Shown: positions 15,977 to 23,261 of the stretch, piece by piece
Numbering within the stretch: position 1 is the stretch's first letter
How the letters are laid out: each line of letters opens with the position of its first letter
DNA from: Erysipelotrichaceae bacterium
GTDB taxonomy: Bacteria > Bacillota_I > Bacilli_A > Erysipelotrichales > Coprobacillaceae
NCBI GenBank assembly: GCA_028698185.1
Contig: JAQVDW010000004.1
Span: 1-32,000 of the forward strand
DNA: 32,000 bases
Direction of reading: 5' to 3'
The notes under the pieces: generated by a model
What the model was told of the DNA's origin: nothing
What the model saw: only the letters and a program-made list of their open reading frames with translations
Databases searched by the model: none
Translations under genes and position numbers: made by a program

Positions 15977-16411
15977 TTACAGCTTGGCGTATTGCTGATC
16001 CAAGACTTCTTCAAGCCATTCGTTTGAGCAGTTTTCACCGGCAACCTCAACTGAAATATGGCTGAACCAGCTGTCGGCCTTGGCCCCATGCCAGTGTTTG
16101 ACATTCGGGGCGATCACGATCACTTTTCCTGGAAGCAACTCCACTGGATCCTGACCCTCTTCCTGGTACCATCCTTCGCCTGCAGTGCAGATCAGGATCT
16201 GTCCGCCACCTGACGTTGATTTGTGGACATGCCAGTTGTTGCGGCATCCCGGTTCAAATGTCACGTTAGCCATGAAAACAGGGTCCTTTCCGGGCGCTGT
16301 CAAAAGGTTAAGATAGCTGTTCCCGATAAAATATTTGGCAAACATGGTATTTGGGATTCCCATTCCAAAACTGTTGACTTGATCGAATTCTTCTTTAGTT
16401 AAATATTTCAT
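15977..16411 (-). CDS. cupin-domain protein, tandem paralogue of 15493..15924
   Basis: VTFEPGCRNNWHVHKSTSGGGQILICTAGEGWYQEEG and GKVIVIAPNVKHWHG, over 144 aa. The block GGGQILICTAGEGWYQEEG is shared exactly with the neighbouring cupin. Confidence 0.85.
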   Translation of the reverse strand: MKYLTKEEFDQVNSFGMGIPNTMFAKYFIGNSYLNLLTAPGKDPVFMANVTFEPGCRNNWHVHKSTSGGGQILICTAGEGWYQEEGQDPVELLPGKVIVIAPNVKHWHGAKADSWFSHISVEVAGENCSNEWLEEVLDQQYAKL

Positions 16412-16437
16412 ATTCTTCTTCTCCTCGTTTGTTCATC

Positions 16438-17220
16438 TTATTTGGCATTTGTATTTTGTTGCTGCATCTGTTCTAAGGTGGAAATTGCATTGTTTATCGC
16501 GCTCATGGCATTCAATGATTTTGGGAAACCGATGTATGGAAGACTTTGGGCCACAGCGGCGTATAATATTTCAGGACCATTACCAATGAAAAGGTTGGCG
16601 ATGGCATGAGAGTTGGCCTGGCTGTCACAGCCACCTAAACATATTATGCATACGAAAGTAAGCAGCTCCCTGGTTTTCAAATCCAAGCCGGCTCTGGTAT
16701 AGGTATCGCCAAAGCAATAAGCGGACAGATAGTCCTGCATGAATTTCTGATTTTCCGGGGCGTTGGCACGCATGGCGTCAATCATCTCCCCGAAAAGCAT
16801 TTTTTGGGCGCTAATTCCCTTTTCCAGGCGGTCCTGTTCGCTGACAGTACATTGTTTTGGAAGCGGCAGTGTCAAACCGGCGTTTGCAAAGACATCCCGC
16901 AGGACTTTCAAACCCTTTTCGACTTTTGGGAAACCGACATACGGCGCCGCTTGATGGAAGACTTCCTGAAGCTCGATGGGATCAAGGCCTTGTCCTAAGG
17001 CGACCTGGAGTATCTCTTCGAGATCATCGGATTCACTTGTCACAAGCGCGGCAATTGTAACAAGTAATTGTGTCTTCGAATCAAGTTCGTGTTTTTGGAA
17101 CACTTCGCCATAAATGAAGTTGTTTTTGATATCGACGTATTCCGGAAAAACCGGAAGAAGATAACTGTCGGTCAAATTCTTTTTTTCCATTGTGCTTTTT
17201 GCCTGTTCAATACGGTTCAT
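16438..17220 (-). CDS. carboxymuconolactone decarboxylase (CMD/AhpD-like) family protein, two-domain form
   Basis: 260 aa with two repeats of the CMD-like helical unit (...LDSKTQLLVTIAALV...PYVGFPK... and ...LDLKTRELLTFVCIICLGGCDSQ...PYIGFPK...). Confidence 0.75.
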   Translation of the reverse strand: MNRIEQAKSTMEKKNLTDSYLLPVFPEYVDIKNNFIYGEVFQKHELDSKTQLLVTIAALVTSESDDLEEILQVALGQGLDPIELQEVFHQAAPYVGFPKVEKGLKVLRDVFANAGLTLPLPKQCTVSEQDRLEKGISAQKMLFGEMIDAMRANAPENQKFMQDYLSAYCFGDTYTRAGLDLKTRELLTFVCIICLGGCDSQANSHAIANLFIGNGPEILYAAVAQSLPYIGFPKSLNAMSAINNAISTLEQMQQQNTNAK

Positions 17221-17232
17221 AAATTAAATCTC

Positions 17233-17598
17233 CTATTCATTTTCTGATGCTATCGTGATTTTTACGGAATCCGGCAATTTCTTAATCTGCTCGATTTGCG
17301 ATTCTTTGAGATGGGCAACTACCATCACGCCACGATAGTTTTCCGATTGCTGCTCCCCATCAAAAAATATTGCAAGCCAGCCCCCTGCGAGGCTGATGTC
17401 GCCGTTTTTCCAACCGATCTGGGTCTGGGCTGGGTCAAACAGGCCACAGGCAACATTGCAGCAATAATCGACTGGGGAACGATATCCCGTCAATTTGAGC
17501 GGCAGCCTTTTTTTAAGATCCTGGGCGGCAACAGTATCATTGAGTTCAGTCGATATCGACAGATGACCTGCTGTCAATCTGATTGGTGTTGGCATCAC
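17233..17598 (-). CDS. cyclophilin-like-fold protein (cytoplasmic paralogue)
   Basis: 121 aa. The sequence IRLTAGHLSISTELNDTVAAQDL...GDISLAGGWLAIFF has the same layout as 14994..15479 but lacks the hydrophobic N-terminus. An AAAGGAGGAG SD lies upstream. Confidence 0.6.
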   Translation of the reverse strand: MMPTPIRLTAGHLSISTELNDTVAAQDLKKRLPLKLTGYRSPVDYCCNVACGLFDPAQTQIGWKNGDISLAGGWLAIFFDGEQQSENYRGVMVVAHLKESQIEQIKKLPDSVKITIASENE

Positions 17599-17625
17599 TC
17601 ACTCCTCCTTTGAAATATCCACGTG

Positions 17626-17675
17626 TTGATTTCTTGGCTCAGGGATATTATAATAAGCGTGATAAACAATTACAA
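17626..17675. promoter_or_regulatory. overlapping divergent promoters sharing a palindromic -10 region
   Basis: The plus-strand promoter is TTGATT (17626-17631)-17-TATAAT (17649-17654). The minus-strand promoter is TTGTAA (17670-17675)-17-TATAAT (17647-17652). Both -10 hexamers lie inside the palindrome TATTATAATA (17646-17655). Confidence 0.4.
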
Positions 17676-17707
17676 TTTCCAGATATGTGAATAATATCGA
17701 TTATACA

Positions 17708-17725
17708 CCACTTTTTCAAAAGTGG
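17708..17725. promoter_or_regulatory. perfect inverted repeat CCACTTTT-TC-AAAAGTGG; candidate TetR operator or 5'-UTR hairpin
   Basis: Two perfect 8-bp arms, about 6 nt upstream of the TetR gene SD (AGGAGGG at 17732-17738). Confidence 0.35.
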
Positions 17726-17745
17726 ATATTCAGGAGGGTGCAACA

Positions 17746-18339
17746 ATGGATTTGCAGCGCAAGACGGATTTACGGGTGATTAAGACAAGAGAAGCCATCA
17801 GGAAGGCCTTTCGGGACATGATCTGCGAAATGGAAGCCGATAAGATAACAGTCAAGGAACTGACCGACAGGGCGAGAATTCACAGGAAGACTTTTTACCT
17901 TCACTACACATGTATCGAGGCCCTTTTCGAAGACATGTTTAAGGAGGGGGCGGAGAGTTATTTCAAGGAAATCGACAAATTGCCGATTCCATTCACGATA
18001 GTGGATTTAAATGAGGTATTCTTCACCTCATTGGCCAAACAGGATTTTTTCATGGAGCGGATAATCTGTTCACAGAGTTATCGGCCTTTTTGCAACAAAA
18101 TGTTCGCGTCAGCAGTGCAGCACAACCGCAAACGCTACAATCCCTATGCGCACCTGTCAAAAGAGAAGCAGGATATCATCAACTACTTTCTGGCCACAAG
18201 TTCATTGGAGTTCTATCGCCAATGGGTTGCAGGCGGCAAGGTGATGCCCCTTGAGGAATTGATGGAGCTGGCTGGAAACCTCTTGAATTTGGGAGTATCA
18301 TCAATTACCGGGGATGTCAATCATGGCGATAAATCATAG
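17746..18339 (+). CDS. TetR/AcrR-family transcriptional regulator
   Basis: The ORF track frame is 17722..18339. ATG 17746 (MDLQRKTDLRVIKTREAIRKAF...ITVKELTDRARIHRKTFYLHY) follows AGGAGGG by 7 nt. It has an N-terminal TetR HTH. Confidence 0.8.
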   Translation: MDLQRKTDLRVIKTREAIRKAFRDMICEMEADKITVKELTDRARIHRKTFYLHYTCIEALFEDMFKEGAESYFKEIDKLPIPFTIVDLNEVFFTSLAKQDFFMERIICSQSYRPFCNKMFASAVQHNRKRYNPYAHLSKEKQDIINYFLATSSLEFYRQWVAGGKVMPLEELMELAGNLLNLGVSSITGDVNHGDKS

Positions 18340-18482
18340 GTTGCGTTTTTTTGATAGCATCAGCCAAGGTCTTGATTCTGGAATCCGAAAAAACACTTGA
18401 CCTAAAGTCGGGTTTAACTTGTAGGATTATTGTATGACCATTATCGAATTTAAAAGTTCAGTCATAAAAAGGAGAAAGAAAA

Positions 18483-19352
18483 ATGGAATATGTTACTTTG
18501 AATAACGAATTGAAAATGCCGATCCTGGGATTCGGGGTATTTCAGGTTCCTGACAAAAAGGAATGCGAGGAATCGGTGTACCAGGCGATAAAAGCCGGAT
18601 ACCGTCTGATCGATACCGCTGCTGCCTATACGAATGAAGATGCCGTCGGTGCCGGTGTCAAAAAGGCGATTAATGAAGGCATCTGCACAAGGGAAGACCT
18701 GTTCATCACTTCCAAAATGTGGGTTCAGGACATGGAAAGCTATGAAACGGCCAAAAAAGCTATCGATGTGTCAATTGAAAAGTGTGGTTTGGAATATCTT
18801 GACCTATACCTCCTGCATCAGGCGATGGGCGATTATTTCGCAGCTTGGCGTGCCATGGAAGACGCTTACCGGGAAGGCAAGTTGAAAGCGATCGGAGTAT
18901 CCAACTTCTATCCTAACATCCTGACTAATTTCTGCGAGACAGTGGCGATCAAGCCGATGGTCAACCAGGTTGAATTGCATCCGTATTTCACCCAGGAAAA
19001 GGCTTTGGAAACGATGAAGCAATACGACGTTATTCCAGAAGCGTGGGCACCGCTTGGAGGGGGACGATACAATCCGTTCGAAGACGGTATGCTTGTGGCC
19101 ATAGCTAAAAGATACAACAAGACAGTGGGTCAGGTGTTGCTTCGCTGGAACATCCAACGGGGCGTGGTAGTCATTCCAAAATCAACCCATGTTGAAAGAA
19201 TAATCGAGAATATTGATGTCTTTGATTTCAGTCTTGATGAAACCGAAATGGCTAAAATAGCCTCATTGGATCAGGGGTACAGCGGTTCTAGGGCCAAGCA
19301 TTTTGAGCCTGATTTCGTCCGTGGCTGCCTGGCAATGAAAATACATGATTAA
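18483..19352 (+). CDS. aldo/keto reductase (second copy, 2,5-didehydrogluconate-reductase-like)
   Basis: Motifs LGFGVFQV, YRLIDTAAAYTNE, LEYLDLYLLHQA and IPKSTHVERIIEN over 289 aa, with an AAAGGAGAAAG SD. Confidence 0.88.
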   Translation: MEYVTLNNELKMPILGFGVFQVPDKKECEESVYQAIKAGYRLIDTAAAYTNEDAVGAGVKKAINEGICTREDLFITSKMWVQDMESYETAKKAIDVSIEKCGLEYLDLYLLHQAMGDYFAAWRAMEDAYREGKLKAIGVSNFYPNILTNFCETVAIKPMVNQVELHPYFTQEKALETMKQYDVIPEAWAPLGGGRYNPFEDGMLVAIAKRYNKTVGQVLLRWNIQRGVVVIPKSTHVERIIENIDVFDFSLDETEMAKIASLDQGYSGSRAKHFEPDFVRGCLAMKIHD

Positions 19353-19810
19353 ATGAGGCAGAATGTTCGTTTGGCTGGAGTTGTAAGATTGCCATTTGAA
19401 CCGGCTTAATCAAACAACTATGTTTTGAAATTGATTGGAATGCAAAAATCAGGGGAATGTCATGGCTTGTAAAAGTTGTGGCATTTTTTTGTTTTAATAA
19501 GTATGATGAGACTGTAAAGGATGAACGGAGCCGTCCCAACTCCAACCGGAGACAATTGGAGACAGAAGCAAAAAAAGACCGGAATCGGCCTTTTTCAAAT
19601 TGTGGATTTATGTTTCCTGAGGGAAATGTAGTAGACATGCAATTTCTTTGCAGATACTCTCAAGTTAGGAATGTCTTCAGTCTGGATTCTATTGACTTGT
19701 TGAGATAAGACTCACAACAAACCATTACTAATCAGCTGAGCCGAAGGTTTTTCAATATAGTTGGCAAATTCATATTATATTTGCTCATATCAAACTGATC
19801 AAGGGGATAT

Positions 19811-19839
19811 GTTGAAAGGATTGATAATTTATGTTACAA
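19811..19839 (+). promoter_or_regulatory. putative promoter upstream of the Fic/VbhA remnants (TTGAAA-17-TACAAT)
   Basis: gTTGAAAggattgataatttatgtTACAATt. Confidence 0.35.
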
Positions 19840-19892
19840 TTTGTTTATAATTTTGAAATTTATGGAGAAATGGTAATGCATGGTATTGGTTG

Positions 19893-20060
19893 GATGAAAT
19901 CAAGAATATAAGAGAAGCAGTTAATAATGCTTTAGGAATTTTACTGACCGCTGCTGAGCTGCCCAACTAAAATTATCTAAGACCGCTTGACGATTTTGTG
20001 CTCGGCAAAATCACAATTGAAGAACGGGATATAAAGGATCATAGGTTGGAGTTATCAATT
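19893..20060 (+). pseudogene. VbhA-like (FicA-type) antitoxin remnant with an in-frame TAA
   Basis: The frame reads DEIKNIREAVNNALGILLTAAELPN*NYLRPLDDFVLGKITIEERDIKDHRLEL. From memory this parallels VbhA (..RRDARNALASQRLEGLEP....VVVGELETSDVIKDLMERI). There is no ATG in frame, a TAA at 19968-19970, and the (S/T)xxxE(G/N) inhibitory motif is shortened to TAAEL. Confidence 0.45.
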
Positions 20061-20539
20061 AGAGACGCCCACTGTTATTATGCTACTCAGGTATTGAAAA
20101 TCAAATATGATATCAAGGATAAGGAGATTCTTGAATAGCGTGAAAGAGTAAGTGCAAAAACAAAAATAATATCTCTAGAATTACGCCCGGGGCAAATCAA
20201 TACTGACGTATCTATAGAATATTTGTATAAATTGAACTTCTTTTTGTTTGACAGCTTGTATGATTGGGTTAAAGTAAGTTGGAAAGACTATTGGAACAAG
20301 CTCGGGGCTATAAGTGGGATGATATCCAAGTCGCGATAAAATTCGCTTATGATTTGTTTGTTGGCCTGTGGGAAATCCATCCGTATCGCAAGGGAAACAC
20401 AGGGACATGTCAAACTTTCATCGGACGGATATTTTCGTGCAAAGGTATGGAATTCAATTCGGATCTATTGAAAAATCATCCTGCATATGCCCAGTCAGTC
20501 TTGGTATGGCGGTGTGTGACAATCCACAATATCTCATGA
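20061..20539 (+). pseudogene. Fic (FIDO) domain toxin remnant with an in-frame TAG, a frameshift and a degenerate active-site motif
   Basis: The first frame reads RDAHCYYATQVLKIKYDIKDKEILE*RERVSAKTKIISLELRPGQINTDVSIEYLYKLNFFLFDSLYDW. This matches the usual short-Fic N-terminus (Y.Y.GT.VLKNKLGI.D...L ... HL..IH..LF.D.Y.WAG). A shift to the frame of ORF 20279..20539 then gives ...WDDIQVAIKFAYDLFVGLWEIHPYRKGNTGTCQTF. Here HPYRKGNTGTCQ replaces the HPFxxGNGRxxR consensus. Confidence 0.6.
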
Positions 20540-20587
20540 ATATATCATCGGACGCTTTTCGAGCTTAATTCAATAATAGATTTCTCA

Positions 20588-20713
20588 ATGAAGAAAGGAA
20601 AGCAAAAGAATAACAGGTTTCAAAGGAAAATTATTATTCCACAAAAAACGCGAGAAATTAGTGAAGACAAAGAGGTTGAAGAACGGTTAAGAAAACGGTT
20701 GATTGTAGAATAA
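20588..20713 (+). CDS. hypothetical small basic protein (41 aa); coding status uncertain
   Basis: It reads MKKGKQKNNRFQRKIIIPQKTREISEDKEVEERLRKRLIVE*. I see no clear SD, and it is below the ORF-track size cut-off. Confidence 0.2.
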   Translation: MKKGKQKNNRFQRKIIIPQKTREISEDKEVEERLRKRLIVE

Positions 20714-20758
20714 TCTGGAGTCAATAGGTTGAAGATGCGATTCTATGGAGGAAGGCAA

Positions 20759-21301
20759 ATGAAAAATATAGTAATACTGTTTGTAATCGGGTTAACGTTG
20801 ACAGGTTGTAGCGGAGATAAATCATCATCACAGATGGTTGAGGAAAACACTAAAGAGCTTTTGACGGTCTTGTTTACTTTGCCAGACGATGATGCGTGCC
20901 AGATCGCCCGGGACCAGGGGCTGGAAACATATGAGCAGCTGATCCAAAGTGAGCAGTTGAACAATGAATATATCCAGGTTTATCTCCCTGGAATGCTTGA
21001 ATCGCTTGAATATGTATGCGATGAGGATGGCTTGGAAAGTGTCCGGAACATTCACTTTTTAAATGAATTTTATTACTGCTGTCTTTTCTCTGGGGCGGCA
21101 TACCCGGAATCGATTGAGATTACCCGGGAAAACGATACATGGTACAAATTCACAATCAATGAGTCCACTTCTTGGAATGATGAAGGTTTCAAGGTCAATG
21201 GCGAGGTTACCCTTAAAGACGGTCTGATTTCCAATATCCATGTCAATGATGGCGATATGAAGAACTTCTTCGATGGTGGGAACGTCAGGCTTGCCGGATA
21301 A
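20759..21301 (+). CDS. lipoprotein of unknown function
   Basis: The ORF track frame is 20729..21301. ATG 20759 follows GGAGGAAGG. MKNIVILFVIGLTLTGCSGDKSSSQ is a signal peptide with an L-T-G-C lipobox. I recognise no domain in the rest. Confidence 0.7.
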   Translation: MKNIVILFVIGLTLTGCSGDKSSSQMVEENTKELLTVLFTLPDDDACQIARDQGLETYEQLIQSEQLNNEYIQVYLPGMLESLEYVCDEDGLESVRNIHFLNEFYYCCLFSGAAYPESIEITRENDTWYKFTINESTSWNDEGFKVNGEVTLKDGLISNIHVNDGDMKNFFDGGNVRLAG

Positions 21302-21350
21302 CGGTCTTCTATCTTGTGAAGTCGAATCTTCGAAAAATATTATGGGACGT

Positions 21351-21375
21351 AAAAAAAGGCCGAAAGGCCTTTTTG
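21351..21375. terminator. bidirectional rho-independent terminator
   Basis: AAAAAAAGGCC-gaa-AGGCCTTTTT lies between the convergent lipoprotein gene and the GGGtGRT gene. Confidence 0.85.
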
Positions 21376-21383
21376 TATTATGA

Positions 21384-22382
21384 TTAGTTGTGCGCTTCTT
21401 GGATAGCAACGGCAACAGCTACTGTAGCTCCTACCATTGGGTTGTTACCCATACCGATCAATCCCATCATTTCAACGTGGGCAGGTACTGATGAAGAACC
21501 AGCGAATTGAGCATCACTGTGCATTCTTCCCATAGTATCTGTCATACCGTATGAAGCAGGACCAGCAGCCATGTTGTCAGGGTGTAATGTACGTCCAGTA
21601 CCACCACCAGATGCTACAGAGAAGTATTTTTTACCTTGTTCCAAACATTCTTTTTTGTATGTTCCGGCAACTGGATGTTGGAAACGAGTTGGGTTAGTTG
21701 AGTTCCCAGTGATTGAGATATCAACGCCTTCACGGTGCATGATAGCTACACCTTCTTGAACGTCGTCAGCACCGTAGCAGTTTACTTTAGCGCGAGGTCC
21801 GTCTGAATATGATTTACGGAAAACTTCTTTCAATTCACCAGTAGCATAGTCATATTGAGTTTCAACGTGAGTGAATCCGTTGATACGTGAGATGATTTTA
21901 GCTGCGTCTTTTCCAAGACCGTCTAAGATTACACGTAAAGGTTCTTTACGAACGCGGTTAGCCGCTTCGGCGATTTTGATTGCTCCTTCAGCTGCAGCGA
22001 AAGATTCGTGTCCAGCCAAGAAAGCGAAACATTTAGTTTCTTCCAATAATAACATTGAACCTAAGTTACCATGTCCCAAACCTACTTTACGTTGGTCAGC
22101 AACTGAACCTGGGATACAGAAAGCTTGTAAACCAACCCCGATCATTTTAGCTGCTTCTACTGCAGAAGTAGCTCCGGTTTTGATTGCGATTGCAGCACCT
22201 GTAATGTATGCCCAACAAGCGTTTTCGAAACAGATTGGTTGAGTTGATTTTACGATATCGTAAACGTTGACACCTTTAGCGTCACAAATAGCTTTAGCTT
22301 CATCCAAATCTTTGATTCCGTATTGAGCTAAAGTTTCGTTGATTGTATTAATTCTGCGGTCATAACTTTCAAATAATGGCAT
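21384..22382 (-). CDS. GGGtGRT-family protein (conserved, function unknown)
   Basis: The ORF track frame is 21384..22430. ATG 22382 (MPLFESYDRRINTINE...) follows TAAGGAGGAG by 7 nt, giving 332 aa. It contains SGGGTGRTLHPDN, the name-giving motif of the uncharacterised GGGtGRT protein family (from memory of Pfam). Confidence 0.8.
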   Translation of the reverse strand: MPLFESYDRRINTINETLAQYGIKDLDEAKAICDAKGVNVYDIVKSTQPICFENACWAYITGAAIAIKTGATSAVEAAKMIGVGLQAFCIPGSVADQRKVGLGHGNLGSMLLLEETKCFAFLAGHESFAAAEGAIKIAEAANRVRKEPLRVILDGLGKDAAKIISRINGFTHVETQYDYATGELKEVFRKSYSDGPRAKVNCYGADDVQEGVAIMHREGVDISITGNSTNPTRFQHPVAGTYKKECLEQGKKYFSVASGGGTGRTLHPDNMAAGPASYGMTDTMGRMHSDAQFAGSSSVPAHVEMMGLIGMGNNPMVGATVAVAVAIQEAHN

Positions 22383-22395
22383 TATCTTCTCCTCC

Positions 22396-23088
22396 TTATT
22401 CGCATCTTGGATCGATGTATTTAGCAGCATCTGCGAATCTACCGTAAGTTTTAGTAGCTTCTTTCATTGCTTCGTTAGCATCCATCCCTTTTTTGATTTT
22501 ATCCATCATGATACCTAGAGAAATAAACTCATATCCACAAGTTTCACCGTCTGCATCCAAACCTAAACGAGTGATGTAACCTTCAGCCAATTCTAAGTAA
22601 CGAGGACCTTTATCTTTAGTAGCATAAGTTGTCCCAACTTGAGATCTTAAACCTTTACCTAAGTCTTCTAAACCAGCACCAATTGGCAATCCTCCTTCAG
22701 AGAATGCAGTTTGGCTGCGACCGTAAACGATTTGTAAGAATAATTCTCTCATTGCTGTATTGATCGCATCGCATACCAAGTCAGTATTTAATGCTTCTAA
22801 AACAGTTCTACCAACGATAGCTTCTGAAGCCATAGCTGCTGAGTGAGTCATCCCTGAACATCCGATTGTTTCAATTAATGCTTCTTCAATGATACCTTCT
22901 TTAACGTTTAATGTTAATTTACAAGCACCCTGTTGAGGAGCACACCAACCAATCCCATGAGTCAATCCTGAAATATCAGTGATTTGTTTTGAGTATACCC
23001 ATTTTCCTTCTTGTGGAATTGGAGCGCAACCATGCGATGCACCAATTTTGACACATTGCATTTGTTCTACTTCGTGTGTGTAATTCAT
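22396..23088 (-). CDS. IscU/NifU-N-like Fe-S scaffold-domain protein with a ~110-aa C-terminal extension
   Basis: The ORF track frame is 22396..23109. I prefer ATG 23088 (MNYTHEVEQMQC...) after AAAGGAG, although the 11-nt spacing makes the start somewhat uncertain. GWCAPQQGACKLTLNVKEGIIEEALIETIGCSGMTHSAAMASEAIVGRTVLEAL parallels the IscU pattern (CGD..L.L.V....I....F...GC....ASSS...E...GK...EA). Its TAA stop is embedded in the SD of the downstream gene. Confidence 0.65.
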   Translation of the reverse strand: MNYTHEVEQMQCVKIGASHGCAPIPQEGKWVYSKQITDISGLTHGIGWCAPQQGACKLTLNVKEGIIEEALIETIGCSGMTHSAAMASEAIVGRTVLEALNTDLVCDAINTAMRELFLQIVYGRSQTAFSEGGLPIGAGLEDLGKGLRSQVGTTYATKDKGPRYLELAEGYITRLGLDADGETCGYEFISLGIMMDKIKKGMDANEAMKEATKTYGRFADAAKYIDPRCE

Positions 23089-23159
23089 CTTTTGAAATAC
23101 TCCTTTCATATTCTTAATGATTGCAACTTTTCTGTAGCGCCATAGCGACCACTTGCTAG

Positions 23160-23188
23160 ATTATAATAAAAATGGGCTTATTAGTCAA
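23160..23188 (-). promoter_or_regulatory. near-consensus sigma-A promoter for the IscU-like/GGGtGRT operon (TTGACT-17-TATAAT)
   Basis: The minus strand reads TTGACT (23183-23188), exactly 17 nt, then TATAAT (23160-23165). This leaves a leader of about 65 nt to the start at 23088. Confidence 0.7.
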
Positions 23189-23261
23189 TGAAGCATTTCA
23201 AATATTATTCATTTTATCTTGCTTATTGCTTGACAAACGTTCAAATGTAAATTTATCGATA

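Noticed and set aside
18397-18427. MerR-type promoter upstream of the second AKR gene: TTGACC, a 19-nt spacer, TAGGAT, and a dyad CCTAAAGT...ACTTGTAGG.
   Set aside because: The dyad needs a 1-nt indel to align. There is no MerR-family gene in the window. The 19-nt spacing may simply mean that I picked the wrong hexamers.
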